NCBI GenBank assembly: GCA_947478395.1 | Contig: CANJVR010000009.1 | Coordinates: forward strand, 27,232-91,231 | Direction of reading: 5' to 3' | Length of the DNA stretch: 64,000 nt | Source: Opitutia bacterium | GTDB lineage: Bacteria > Verrucomicrobiota > Verrucomicrobiia > Opitutales > Opitutaceae | In this document: one piece after another, positions 1 through 10,211 of the stretch | Layout of the letters: the number at the start of each line of letters is the position of its first letter | How positions within the stretch are numbered: the first letter of the stretch is position 1 | The notes under the pieces: model-generated | What the model was told of the DNA's origin: nothing | The model's input: only the letters and a program-made list of their open reading frames with translations | Database searches by the model: none | Program-made: the position numbers and the translations under genes

Positions 1-855
1 CTTCCCGGCGACGACGCCACGATTGAGCAGCATCTGACCAAAACGCGCCAGATCGCTGGCGGTGGCGTGCAAACCCCCACCCGGCACCGGCGGAAATTGT
101 CCGCGCACCGGCCGGCCGAACTGCAGCGCCCGAGGTTGCAGCTCCTTCGTGGCGTTGTTCGTCGCGTAACAGACCGCGAGGCGGCCTTGCTGTTCGTCGC
201 TCGTGTAGAACGTCGTGTCCTTCATCCCAAGCGGATCGAAAATCCGTTCCTGCAGGAACACGTCGTACGATTTCCCACTGACGATTTCCACGATGCGGCC
301 GGCGGTGTCGAAACCGAAGCTGGTGTATTTCCATCGCTCGCCAGGTTCGAAAAGCATCGGTGCGGCTGGAAAATAACTATCGATCGTCTCGGTGAGGTTT
401 TTCTTCCCTGCATACGATCCGCGTTTGATTTCCGCGAGCCCGGAGGTGTGCGTGAGCAAATGCTGGATCGTGAGATTCGCCGGCTTCCCGGAGGGCGTTT
501 TGAGTTCCGCGAACGCCGGGATGAATTTCGCGACAGGATCGGAGAGACTCAGCTTGCCCTCGTCGACCAGCATCAACACCGCCGTTGCCGTGATCGGCTT
601 CGTCGAAGACGCCAGCCAGAACATCGCGTCGGTTTCCATCGGACGCTTGCTCGCGAGATCGGCCATGCCGGTGGCTTCGAGGTGCAGGATTTTGTCTTTC
701 GTCGCGACCAGTGTAACGGCGCCAGCGACTTCATGAGCATCGACGGTGGCCTGCATCGCGGCGCCGACGCCGGCGAGTTTCGGCGCAGCCGCCATCGCCG
801 CAATCGGGAGAGCTACCACCAAAGACAAACCGGCGAAAAAACGAGGACTGATCAT
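1..855 (-). CDS. Serine hydrolase, beta-lactamase/AmpC-like family (3' end runs off the window)
   Basis: Translated by hand from ATG at 855: MISPRFFAGLSLVVALPIAAMAAPK (signal peptide)...AMFWLASSTKPITATAVLMLVDEGK with the SxxK motif; absent from the ORF track because there is no stop in the window. Confidence 0.85.
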   Translation of the reverse strand, partial: MISPRFFAGLSLVVALPIAAMAAAPKLAGVGAAMQATVDAHEVAGAVTLVATKDKILHLEATGMADLASKRPMETDAMFWLASSTKPITATAVLMLVDEGKLSLSDPVAKFIPAFAELKTPSGKPANLTIQHLLTHTSGLAEIKRGSYAGKKNLTETIDSYFPAAPMLFEPGERWKYTSFGFDTAGRIVEIVSGKSYDVFLQERIFDPLGMKDTTFYTSDEQQGRLAVCYATNNATKELQPRALQFGRPVRGQFPPVPGGGLHATASDLARFGQMLLNRGVVAGK

Positions 856-963
856 GGGGATAAATAAATGAGAAAGAAAATTTCTAAGAATCACCGATGT
901 CACTTAATAGGTGACATGTGGAGCGGGCCGGAATGCGTGCGTGCTCAGGGAGAAGAACCTCGA

Positions 964-1791
964 TCACTTCGCGGCGACGAAGCCGGTGGCGGTCAGCCAG
1001 CCGGTGAACAGCTTGGGCCACTCCGTGGTTGGCGTGCCTTTTTTGCCGAGCCCAAAGCCATGGCCACCCTTTGCGAACAAATGCATTTCCACCGGGACCT
1101 TCAGGGCCCGCACCCACGTGTACATCCGGATGCTGTCGTCGGTGTTGTCGTCGACCGCCTGCGCGATGAACGTCGGCGCGATATCAGCGGGCAGCGGCGC
1201 GAGGCTTAGCGGAATCTGGGCGTAAATCGGCGCGAGGAAAGCGGGACGCGCCGCTTTGGGCGGCTTCGTGCCCGCAAGCGCGGTCAGGTTTCCACCCGCC
1301 GAGAAGCCCATCATGCCCAACTTCGCGGGATCGATACCCCACTCCGCCGCGTGCGCCCGCACTAACTCCAGGGCCTGCACCGCATCGGCCAACGGCTGAT
1401 CGACCGTGTAAACATTACCGGGAGTTTTCGGCAGGCGGTATTTCAGCACAATGCCGGTGATCCCCTGCGTCGCGAGCCAGCGGGCCACGTCGTGGCCTTC
1501 CTTGTCGATCGTCACGTGATCGTACCCGCCTCCGGGCGCGATCAACACCGCGACGCCGTTGGCCACGGATTTGTCCGCGCGGTGCACGGTGATCGTCGGG
1601 ACGTGCACCTGTCGGACCGCGCGATCGACCACGCCATCTTTGCCGCGCTCTTCCCAAATTTCTTTTTCATTTCGCCCTTCAGATCCGGGAGCGATTCCCG
1701 GCCAGACCGGCATTTCAAGCGGTTCTGCGGCACGCGCGATCCCGGCCAGCAACAACGCCACGACGACGAGCAAACGGGGTGATGAACTCAT
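964..1791 (-). CDS. Secreted alpha/beta hydrolase (carbohydrate esterase-like)
   Basis: Signal peptide MSSSPRLLVVVALLL, PGGGY oxyanion motif, GFSAGG nucleophile elbow, C-terminal GGHGFG. Confidence 0.85.
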   Translation of the reverse strand: MSSSPRLLVVVALLLAGIARAAEPLEMPVWPGIAPGSEGRNEKEIWEERGKDGVVDRAVRQVHVPTITVHRADKSVANGVAVLIAPGGGYDHVTIDKEGHDVARWLATQGITGIVLKYRLPKTPGNVYTVDQPLADAVQALELVRAHAAEWGIDPAKLGMMGFSAGGNLTALAGTKPPKAARPAFLAPIYAQIPLSLAPLPADIAPTFIAQAVDDNTDDSIRMYTWVRALKVPVEMHLFAKGGHGFGLGKKGTPTTEWPKLFTGWLTATGFVAAK

Positions 1792-1846
1792 GCGAGCAAA
1801 GATGCCGCCGGGATGCCACGCCGCCAGTTTCAAAATAGATGAAAAC

Positions 1847-1884
1847 AAAAAGGGGCGAGACCGGCCCGGCCTCGCCCCTTTTTT
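1847..1884. terminator. Rho-independent terminator, possibly bidirectional
   Basis: aaaaaggggcgag-accggcccggc-ctcgccccttttttt: GC stem flanked by A and T tracts, just downstream of the 1895..4690 gene. Confidence 0.8.
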
Positions 1885-1894
1885 CAGACCGACC

Positions 1895-4690
1895 TCAACG
1901 CGCAGGTGGGGCGGCCGGAGATGGCGCAGGTGCTGCGACCGGCGCCGGTGGACCGCCGCGGGCCGCGCCACCACGTCCGCCGTCCCGCCCGCCACGCACC
2001 AGCGCAGCCGTCGGCAGCGCGTCTTTGCAGAGCTCCAGCATCTCAATAATCGTGAGCCCGGTCTGAGCCGCTTCGTTCGTGCTGATTTCAACGGCTTCAT
2101 CGAGTGGATTCAAAACGTCGGATCCGGTCAGCAAATGCGGCGTGGCCGAGCTACCGGCGCGCGTCGCGATATCGTTGATGGCGCGCTGGGCAAACGCCGG
2201 GTTCTTTGTCATCGCGTAAGCGTAGGCCGCAAGACGCGGTCCGCTTTGTTCGTTGAGAATGTACCGCGCGTCGGCGCCTTCGTTGCCGGTCGTCCGGTCC
2301 AAGGTCAGCACTTCGGCCGGCGCACCGCCGATGCGGCAGTATTGCAGCCACGCCGTTGCGAAATCTTTCCGGCCGAGCAGCGGCACGAGTTCAAACATGA
2401 CTTCGCCGCCGCCTTGAATGGTCGCGAGATTGTAGCTCACGGGCATCGAGCCTTTCGTGATCGGATCACGGATGGCGGTGAGCTTGCCGGTCGCGGCATC
2501 GTAGCCGACGAGTTGCGCGCCGCCGCCTTTCAGTTTGCCCATGCCGCCACCGGGGATGTCGGGATTGAGGCCATTGAGATGCCCGGTCTGCAGCCAGTAC
2601 GGCATGCCCATGATGGAATCGACGCCGGCGATAATGCGATCGCGCCACTTCACGTTACCCGTGCGCTCCCACTCGGTCATCCAGTTGCCGGCGAAGGCAA
2701 ACCAGTCCGGGCCGATGCGGATGCGCGCCGCGTATTGCGGTTCGCCCGGGATTTGCGGCGCGGCCAGACGCATCGGGTCAAATTTCGCCGCTGCGATGTC
2801 GGATGTCAGCGATTCGCGCATCAGATCACCCGTGCGTTCATCCGTGGTGAGATAATAGAACGGCCGCCAGTGGGCGGCTTGGCTGACGCGCGCTTCCTTT
2901 GCGCCGTCGCCCCATTTCACGACGTTGTGGCGCGAGCCGAGGCCGGCCATTTCGCCGATGTGATAGACATTGGTTTCGCTCGTGTTGCGGGTAAGCGCTT
3001 CCGCCAGGCGAAACACATCCGCGCGGCCCGTGCGCAAAAAGCTATACCACACCCAGAGCGGGGCCCCGAGTTCGGTGTTGTCCCAAGCATGCCCGCCCCA
3101 GTCGTAGTGCCACATGTGGCGCGGCGCGGAATACGAATGCATGAAATCGCCGAACTGCCAGAAGCCGTACCAGTGATGTTGGTCGACCTGCTTTTCGTAG
3201 TACGCGAGGACGGAATCCAAACCGTCTTCGATCGTTTTCTTAAACGGCGTGGAACGGTCCGGCAGGCTCCATACGCCAAGGACGCCGGCGGAATGAATGT
3301 ACTCCGGCGTGCACGCGAGCAAGGGCAGCTCGGCCCCGTTTTTCGCCATAGCCGCCGTTTCCGTGCGCGAGGGCAGCCCGGCGCTCGGATAAAAGGTCAA
3401 CTCGCTGGTGCGGGAAACGCCATACGCGCGGCTCATGCCGGGCTGCACGTCTTCGTACGACGCAGTCAATGTGTGCGCGACCAGATCGTAGTGACGCATA
3501 TCCATCTCCGGGCCGTCCGGTGACCATAGCCAGGCGACGAGCTCCGCGGCCGGCTGACTCGCGTGCCGCACCTCGAGTGAAGCCGGATACGACTGCCAGA
3601 AATTCTTAATGCTCACGCCCAATCCGCCCGTCAGATCGCCGACAAACGCGAGACCCGCGGCGCGCTGACCGCCCGCGGAGGTGATCCAGGTGCTCTTCGG
3701 ATTCGTGCGCTTGACGATGCTGAAGCCATCGGGATTGGGCTGCGTGAGTTTGAAATCATCCCAGACAGCGTTCTGCGTAAATCCACCCCGGCCGGCAAAC
3801 GGCTGGCCGGTTTCCTGCGCGACATTGCCGCCGCCGGGCTGGAGCGGCTCCGACCACACGCCACCGTTCGCGCCGGCGAAGCGCACGGTGCGGTTGAACG
3901 CTTCTTCCCGCAGCGGCACGGCGAACTGCACGCCCAGCCCGCGCACGAAATCTTTTTCCTGATCACCGTCGAAGATGATGGTGTGCACCATCCGCACCGC
4001 GGTCTCACCGCCGTAGAAATAAAGCCGCACGGAGAACGGCAGCCACTCGCGGCCCGAGCCCGCGACTTTGTGCAAGCCGTCGAATTTCACCACGGCGCGC
4101 ACCGGCCCGGATTGCTCGACCGTGACTTTTTGAATCACGCCGGAAAATTTAGTCCGCTTCGGCGCGTCCTCGGACGTCGTCGACGGACCATCCTGCAGGA
4201 TGCCGACGAGCTTACCGGCCCGCGCGACCTCACGACCAGCCACCATCATCGACTCGATCAGATTTTCTCCGGTCATCGGCAGCGTGCAGACGAGTGCGCC
4301 GGTATCGACGACGATGGTCTTGCCGTCGTTCTTAACGCTCAACGAGCCCTTCGCCGGCGAGGCCACACCGGGCGTGAGCGTGAATGCGCCCGCGGTCAGA
4401 CCCGTGCCGGCCGAAGCCGCGAAGCCACTCCATTTGATGGTGCCATCAGGCCAGTAGGCCAGCGGCCACGTTTGTACCGGCAAAGCTTTCCCCTGTGCAT
4501 CGGTCAGGTTAAAGGCCGTCTCACGCGGTACGGTGCCTTGAGGCCAGGGTACGCCCCAGCTCACACCACGCGTGGAACCAGCCGGCGGCTGCTCCAACCA
4601 ATGAAGTTGCACGGGCGCCGGCGCCGCGAGAGCGCCGAGCGTGAAAACCAGCGAGCACGTCGCGGCAACGAGGGAGAGTGTATTTTTCAT
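1895..4690 (-). CDS. Secreted YetA/PcRGLX-like exo-rhamnogalacturonan lyase (PL26-like)
   Basis: 931 aa, signal peptide, GVSWGVPW..G, WPLAYWPDGTIKWSG, WYGFWQFGDFMHSY, AWDNTEL, GSRHNV..WGDGAKEAR motifs recalled for this family. Confidence 0.7.
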   Translation of the reverse strand: MKNTLSLVAATCSLVFTLGALAAPAPVQLHWLEQPPAGSTRGVSWGVPWPQGTVPRETAFNLTDAQGKALPVQTWPLAYWPDGTIKWSGFAASAGTGLTAGAFTLTPGVASPAKGSLSVKNDGKTIVVDTGALVCTLPMTGENLIESMMVAGREVARAGKLVGILQDGPSTTSEDAPKRTKFSGVIQKVTVEQSGPVRAVVKFDGLHKVAGSGREWLPFSVRLYFYGGETAVRMVHTIIFDGDQEKDFVRGLGVQFAVPLREEAFNRTVRFAGANGGVWSEPLQPGGGNVAQETGQPFAGRGGFTQNAVWDDFKLTQPNPDGFSIVKRTNPKSTWITSAGGQRAAGLAFVGDLTGGLGVSIKNFWQSYPASLEVRHASQPAAELVAWLWSPDGPEMDMRHYDLVAHTLTASYEDVQPGMSRAYGVSRTSELTFYPSAGLPSRTETAAMAKNGAELPLLACTPEYIHSAGVLGVWSLPDRSTPFKKTIEDGLDSVLAYYEKQVDQHHWYGFWQFGDFMHSYSAPRHMWHYDWGGHAWDNTELGAPLWVWYSFLRTGRADVFRLAEALTRNTSETNVYHIGEMAGLGSRHNVVKWGDGAKEARVSQAAHWRPFYYLTTDERTGDLMRESLTSDIAAAKFDPMRLAAPQIPGEPQYAARIRIGPDWFAFAGNWMTEWERTGNVKWRDRIIAGVDSIMGMPYWLQTGHLNGLNPDIPGGGMGKLKGGGAQLVGYDAATGKLTAIRDPITKGSMPVSYNLATIQGGGEVMFELVPLLGRKDFATAWLQYCRIGGAPAEVLTLDRTTGNEGADARYILNEQSGPRLAAYAYAMTKNPAFAQRAINDIATRAGSSATPHLLTGSDVLNPLDEAVEISTNEAAQTGLTIIEMLELCKDALPTAALVRGGRDGGRGGAARGGPPAPVAAPAPSPAAPPAR

Positions 4691-5069
4691 GAAGCAAGCA
4701 ATGAAGGGTGAAACGTAAAACAGTCGGGGTATCGGATGTGTCCAGCAGAACCGTTAAACGAAATGACGCCGACTATCATCCGCGAGCAATAGCGACAGTC
4801 CGGTAAATCGCCTTTTGGTCGCGGAAGTGACGCGCGGCCTCGCCTGCGTTCCGGCATGCGCGAATCGGGCTAGCCCAAAAAATCAGACCTGAATCGACCC
4901 AAGACATCGGCCACCGAAGACGCGGAGCGCAGACGCAGGGCATAGAAGAATTCAGTTTCCCGTTTCATGAGATCTAGGTCCGAGCCCGGTGCGCTCTGGG
5001 GGCAAAGAAATCGCCCGGAAAGATATGCAATATACAGGCTGAAGCCTCCCGCTACGCGCACCACGGCGC

Positions 5070-5780
5070 CTACATCCGAAAGGCGATGATGGTACCCGCA
5101 ACGCCCACGATCTCCGCGAAACGGCCGGCCTTCGTCGCCTCGAAAATTGCCTGCGAGACGCCGTGCGCCCGGCTGCCAAAATCGTGAAACGCCATCACGC
5201 CGCCTCGTTTCACGAACGGCGCCCAGGCCTCGATGTCGGCACAGCAGGCTTGGTAGGAGTGATCGCCATCGATAAAAATAAAATCGACGGCGCCGCGCCG
5301 CGCCGCGAGTTGCCGCGCCGCCGCCAGCGAATCCGCGATCACGGGCTCGGCGCGGGCCGCAAAGCCCAGCGCCGCCATGTTGGACTTAAAAAAACCGAGC
5401 GTGCTGCCTTCACCGAGCGCCTGAAAATGCCGCTGATACCAAGCCGCGTCCTCGCCGCACGTCGACTGCCCGGCGAAATTATCCACCGCCTGGATTTTGG
5501 CCGAAGCGCCTTTTAATCCACCCGCGATGAAACAGGTCGACGCGCCCATCCACGAGCCGATCTCCACCACGCTGGCGTCGGCCGGAAGATCGCTGGCCAG
5601 TTGAAAAAGATAACCGCGCTCAGCCAAACTGCCCATGTCGTCCCGCTTGAAGTGGCGCGCAATCCGCCGGAACTCATCCCAGTTCAAGTCCGGCCGACGT
5701 TTGTGCGCACCGCGCAGATAACGGCGCGATTTCAGGGTAAACCGGACATCTCGCACCAGGGGCCAGTGTTTGAAGACCAT
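5070..5780 (-). CDS. Class I SAM-dependent methyltransferase (Methyltransf_24-like)
   Basis: VEIGSWMGAST motif I and DFIFIDGDHSY...GGVMAFHD; start uncertain (5780 or 5834). Confidence 0.85.
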   Translation of the reverse strand: MVFKHWPLVRDVRFTLKSRRYLRGAHKRRPDLNWDEFRRIARHFKRDDMGSLAERGYLFQLASDLPADASVVEIGSWMGASTCFIAGGLKGASAKIQAVDNFAGQSTCGEDAAWYQRHFQALGEGSTLGFFKSNMAALGFAARAEPVIADSLAAARQLAARRGAVDFIFIDGDHSYQACCADIEAWAPFVKRGGVMAFHDFGSRAHGVSQAIFEATKAGRFAEIVGVAGTIIAFRM

Positions 5781-6035
5781 CGAACAAAGGGAAGGCGTGA
5801 CGCCCAAGGGGTGAAGCTTTTTTTCGTGCGCCACGGCGAAATCCCCGGAATCGCGACGAGAACCACAAAAAACGGGCCTTCATTCCATCCCGCTAGCGCC
5901 CAGAGGCGCGCGGGCTACATCACCCGAGACGGAGAAATTTTCGTGTGTTTCGAGGCCATCGTTTAAATGGGCTCGAACTACTTTCTCGGCGTTCGTCCGT
6001 GCAATCGGGAGAAAATTCTTTTCCGCTCTGGCCCG

Positions 6036-7085
6036 ATGTCCGCCGTTCGCCCATCGATTCTCATCATCCGTCGCCGCTATCTGGGCGACGTCGTTTTGCT
6101 GGGCTCGGTGTTCCGTAATCTCCGCCTGCATTGGCCGACGGCCCATCTTTCGGCTCTCGTCGAACCCGCCTACGCTCCCGTCCTCGCGCTGAATCCCGAC
6201 GTTGATTTGGCGCTGACGCTGCCCACGCGCATCGCGGGCTGGCCAAGCTTTCTGCGCAAGCTGCGGCGCATGCGCTTCACGCACGTCCTCGATTTCGACA
6301 ACACCGAAAAGACGGCCGCGATCGCTCGACTGAGCGGAGCTCCTTTTCGCCTCGTGCTGAGCCACGGCTACGGCGTGAAACTGCGTTCGTGTTATTCCCA
6401 CCAAGTCGACGATCCGGCCGACGCCCATGAAACTCGACCGATCACGGACTACTATCTAAGTGCGTTGCCGCCCGCCGGCGTACCCATTGCAACGCGGGAA
6501 ATTCGCCTCACGCCGCGGCCCGAGGATCTCGCCGAGATGCGCCGCCTCGTCGGCGCCGCCGGCCCCGTTCTTTTGGTTCATCCGGGAACGCGCAGCCCAT
6601 GGCGCCGCTGGCCCGCCGAGCGTTTCGCCGCCGCGTGCGATTATGCGCAGGATGAACTCGGAGCCCAAGCCGTGCTCGTGGGCGGTCCGGGCGAGCAGGC
6701 GGTCATCGCGGAAATTCTCAGTCACACCCGCACGCATATCCTCACGCTCAGCGAACCCCCTTCGGTGGGGCGTCTCGCCGCCCTCGCCCAATTGAGTCGG
6801 GTGATTTTGTGCCACGACAGCGGGCCGATGCATGTTGCCGCCGCGGTCGGAACGCCCGTCATCGCCCTTTACGGTTCGCAAAACGCGGCGCTTTTCCGCC
6901 CGATGGGCGAAGGTCACACCGTCTTGCAGCCGCCACTGCCCTGCATCACATGCGTCAGCCCGGGGCGCTGCGTACCCGACGATTCCTACCGCAACCACTG
7001 CGTGCAAAATATCCCGGTTGCGACCGTGCGATCGGCCTTAGCGCGGTGCTTCCGCTCGGGATCCGAAGTTAAAACCGCGGGCTAA
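6036..7085 (+). CDS. Glycosyltransferase family 9 (LPS heptosyltransferase-like)
   Basis: RYLGDVVL, HPGT..RRWP, CHDSGPMHVAAAVGTPVIALYG. Confidence 0.9.
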   Translation: MSAVRPSILIIRRRYLGDVVLLGSVFRNLRLHWPTAHLSALVEPAYAPVLALNPDVDLALTLPTRIAGWPSFLRKLRRMRFTHVLDFDNTEKTAAIARLSGAPFRLVLSHGYGVKLRSCYSHQVDDPADAHETRPITDYYLSALPPAGVPIATREIRLTPRPEDLAEMRRLVGAAGPVLLVHPGTRSPWRRWPAERFAAACDYAQDELGAQAVLVGGPGEQAVIAEILSHTRTHILTLSEPPSVGRLAALAQLSRVILCHDSGPMHVAAAVGTPVIALYGSQNAALFRPMGEGHTVLQPPLPCITCVSPGRCVPDDSYRNHCVQNIPVATVRSALARCFRSGSEVKTAG

Positions 7086-7106
7086 AGCACCGCGCTGCTC
7101 GAGCCG

Positions 7107-8072
7107 CTACGCTTTCTCCAACAAAAACACGCCTTGATCGCCTTCGCCTCGCGCGTTGGCCGCTTCCGCCCTCTGGGAGAATAGGCGTACTTTCTCGGGA
7201 TCGTCCGCGGGCCGGCCGGTATAAGGCACATCGCGCCGGTAAAGTTCGCTCATTAAAAATCCGGTTTCGATGCCGTCGAACTCCGTGTGCACCACCCGCA
7301 GGCCGCTGCGCTCGGCCAGCGCGATCATGCCGTCGCGGCTGGGCACGAGCAAATGGCGCGGGGGATCGAGATTGAACCAGTGCTCCCCATATATTTTGCA
7401 AGATTCGCTCCCAGACACGGGAATACGGACCAGCAATTTTCCGCGCGGACCCAGCCGGTCGCGGGCGTCTTCCAAGGCGCGCCGGGGATCCGGCAAATGC
7501 TCGAGGACGTGATGGAGCATCATCAGGTCGTAACCCCCACCGGCATCGGCGAGTTCAGCGCGGCGAATTTGAAAGCCTCGCTCATTCACCTCGAACGGCG
7601 TGTAGGGATCGATGCCGGTCAAATCGGAAAACCCGTACCGCTGCATCCGGCGCAACAACCCGCCGCTGCCACAGCCGAGATCGAGAATCTTCGAGTCCAG
7701 CTCGATGCCCGCCAGGCGACACCAGTTAAAGAAAGGATATTTCCGCCGCTGCCATCGCACGATACCGCCGGCAAACAGCGAGGACAACAGCCAGCGGGCC
7801 CAGATTTGCCGCGGCCACGACGCCTTTTTCGAACGCAGGGGAGGAAGCTGGAGCGAGTAATAATCCGGCGGATAGTAATCGCCCAAATTCTCCGGAATCC
7901 GGCGGATCTGGAGGCTCCCGCAATGCGCGCACTCCGTATAGTCCGCCGGATGGCGCCAGCCAAAAAGCATCTCGCGTGTCCCGAACATCCGACACGTATC
8001 CTCCAAGCCACAGGCCCGGCATTTCATCACGGCAATGATCCTGCTCGGCGGCTTTTGCTCTAGAACATCCAT
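7107..8072 (-). CDS. Class I SAM-dependent methyltransferase with N-terminal Cys pairs
   Basis: CRACG and CAHCG pairs, ILDLGCGSG, HHVLEHLPDP, PPRHL; start uncertain (8072 or 8027). Confidence 0.85.
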   Translation of the reverse strand: MDVLEQKPPSRIIAVMKCRACGLEDTCRMFGTREMLFGWRHPADYTECAHCGSLQIRRIPENLGDYYPPDYYSLQLPPLRSKKASWPRQIWARWLLSSLFAGGIVRWQRRKYPFFNWCRLAGIELDSKILDLGCGSGGLLRRMQRYGFSDLTGIDPYTPFEVNERGFQIRRAELADAGGGYDLMMLHHVLEHLPDPRRALEDARDRLGPRGKLLVRIPVSGSESCKIYGEHWFNLDPPRHLLVPSRDGMIALAERSGLRVVHTEFDGIETGFLMSELYRRDVPYTGRPADDPEKVRLFSQRAEAANARGEGDQGVFLLEKA

Positions 8073-8197
8073 GACGAATGAAGACGCGCGTAAGAAAACG
8101 GACCAGAACCAATCATCCCGAGAATTCAGAAGCGGGTCTCCGCCTTTCGGCGAGCTAAACCTTGCTCGGTGCGATTGATTTTCGTCCGATCCGATCC

Positions 8198-9121
8198 GTG
8201 CCTCTCGATCGTTCGAATTTAGCGGCGGCTCCACCTGCGACCGTGCCGCTCGTGACGTTTGGCATTCCCGCCTTCAACCGTCCCGGATTGCTGGCTGAAA
8301 CGCTCGCCAGCATCGCCGCGCAAGTCACGTCGGCGCACTACGAAGTTATCGTGTGCGACGACGGCGCGCAGCCCGAAACCGCCGCGATCGTCGCGCGTTT
8401 TCGAGCCGACCGATTTTTCTATCACCGCAATGTTCCAACCCTCGGCGCCATCGGCAACTGGAACGAAGTCATGCGCCGCGCGCGCGCGCCATGGGTCATG
8501 GTGCTGCACGAAGACGACACACTCTATCCGTGGTACCTGGCAACCGTGCTGCCCCGCCTGCGCGACGATCTGGCTGCCGTCTGCACGCGCACGGTTTCTG
8601 GCGAGGTGCCGCCGGATCTGCCCACGCCCGCCGCGCCGGCAGACGCAAAACGGCGGACGTACGTCCCCCGGTATTTCCTGAAAAGTTCAATGACACCGTT
8701 TCCCGGCGTGCTCGTACGGCGGGAACTTGCATTGCGCCTCGGCGGCTTTCCCGAGCGCGCCGGCCCGATCGCCGACTACGGTTTCTGGTACCGTCTCGCG
8801 TGCGCCGGCCGCATCGAGGTGATCCGCGAGGTTGCCGTATTTTACCGGGTCTCGGACGACCAGTGGACCGCCAGCGTGTGGCCGATGATGATCCGCCAGA
8901 TGCATCTCTTGCGCCTGCGCATCGCCCGCGAACAGTTTCCCAAGTCTCCCCGCTGGGGACGCTGGCTCGCACGTTTTTTCACATACCGCAACGCACTCAG
9001 CTACGCCGCCCGCTTTCCCGAACGTCCCGCTTCGCTCCAACGCGCGTGCCGGCTCGGGCGAATTTGCGGCGCGCGCCTGCCGAGCGGCTGGGTGTGGGCG
9101 GCGTTGCAACTGAGTTCTTAA
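8198..9121 (+). CDS. Glycosyltransferase family 2
   Basis: IPAFNRP, VIVCDDG, NWN, LHEDD; start approximate. Confidence 0.88.
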   Translation: MPLDRSNLAAAPPATVPLVTFGIPAFNRPGLLAETLASIAAQVTSAHYEVIVCDDGAQPETAAIVARFRADRFFYHRNVPTLGAIGNWNEVMRRARAPWVMVLHEDDTLYPWYLATVLPRLRDDLAAVCTRTVSGEVPPDLPTPAAPADAKRRTYVPRYFLKSSMTPFPGVLVRRELALRLGGFPERAGPIADYGFWYRLACAGRIEVIREVAVFYRVSDDQWTASVWPMMIRQMHLLRLRIAREQFPKSPRWGRWLARFFTYRNALSYAARFPERPASLQRACRLGRICGARLPSGWVWAALQLSS

Positions 9122-9197
9122 CTCGACCGACGATGACCGCCGAGATTCCCCGTGGACATCGCCGGGCCGTCGCGCTCGATTCCCTGTTCCGCTCCGC

Positions 9198-10151
9198 ATG
9201 AATCACCCCGGTCTCAGCTCTCCGTCGACGTTGCGTCTCACCGTCGCCCTTTGCACGTACAACCGGGCCGACTTCCTGCGTCAAACCCTGGCCGGTCTCG
9301 CGCGCCAACAGTTCCCGCACGACCAGTTCGAAGTGCTGGTCATCGACAACAACTCGTCGGACCACACCCGCGCCGTCGTCGCTGAATTCGCCGCCAGTAA
9401 GCCCAGGCCTCGACATATCTTGGAAACGCAGCAGGGCCTCGACTTTGCCCGCAACCGCGCGATCGCGGAAGCTCGCGGCGAGATCGTGCTTTTGGGTGAT
9501 GACGATATTTTGGTGCAGCCGGACTGGCTGGCGCAGATGCACGCGCCGTTCGCGAGCGATGCCGCGCACCGGGTCGGCGCCGTCGGCGGCGAAGTCGTCC
9601 CGGTATTTCCCGACGGATTGCCGCCGTGGGTGGCGGAATGGCACGCCCCGCTCGCCTTCCGCGCCGAGGCCGGCCCGTTGCCGGCGCGGCATTCGCCGAT
9701 GGGGGCGAACCTCGCGATCCCGCGCCGGGTGTTCGCCCAAGTCGGATTGTTTCATACCGCGCTCGACCGCGCCGCGGGTAATTATTTTTCCGGAGGCGAC
9801 AGTGAAATGATCCGTCGAATCCGCGCCGCCGGGCTCGAGGTGTGGTTTGCCCCCGCCGCGGCGGTGCGACACCAGATGCCTGCGAACCGCACCACATTTC
9901 GCTATGCGGCCCGCCACGCATTCGACTCCGCACGTTCCCGGACCATCGACCGGGCCGGTCTACCCGGCGCAGTGGTATACCTGATTTCACGTTGGGTCGC
10001 GAATCTCCTGAAAGTCGCCGGCTTCGGCGTGCTCGCGTTGCTCGCGGCGCTTATTCTTCGCACCGGCGACGCCAAGAAAGCCCTCGTGCGCGCGTGGCGC
10101 TCGTGCGGGTACCTTTACCAAATTCCGCGCTCACTTGTTGGAAAAACATAG
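9198..10151 (+). CDS. Glycosyltransferase family 2
   Basis: CTYNRA, VIDNNSSD, GLDFARN, GDDD, GANLA. Confidence 0.9.
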   Translation: MNHPGLSSPSTLRLTVALCTYNRADFLRQTLAGLARQQFPHDQFEVLVIDNNSSDHTRAVVAEFAASKPRPRHILETQQGLDFARNRAIAEARGEIVLLGDDDILVQPDWLAQMHAPFASDAAHRVGAVGGEVVPVFPDGLPPWVAEWHAPLAFRAEAGPLPARHSPMGANLAIPRRVFAQVGLFHTALDRAAGNYFSGGDSEMIRRIRAAGLEVWFAPAAAVRHQMPANRTTFRYAARHAFDSARSRTIDRAGLPGAVVYLISRWVANLLKVAGFGVLALLAALILRTGDAKKALVRAWRSCGYLYQIPRSLVGKT

Positions 10152-10211
10152 GAGCCTGCTTGCAGGCGATTCGCGACTCGTTTGGGCTGGCGGCTTAAAT
10201 CGCGCGCAAGT

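Noticed and set aside
67..867. 266 aa plus-strand ORF
   Set aside because: Shadow of the minus-strand serine hydrolase, which has a signal peptide and SxxK motif
1559..3523. 654 aa plus-strand ORF
   Set aside because: Antisense shadow of the lyase gene, Arg-rich with no motifs; common in high-GC DNA
9133..9201. 22 aa ORF MTAEIPRG... overlapping the next GT2 start
   Set aside because: Too short, with no supporting features
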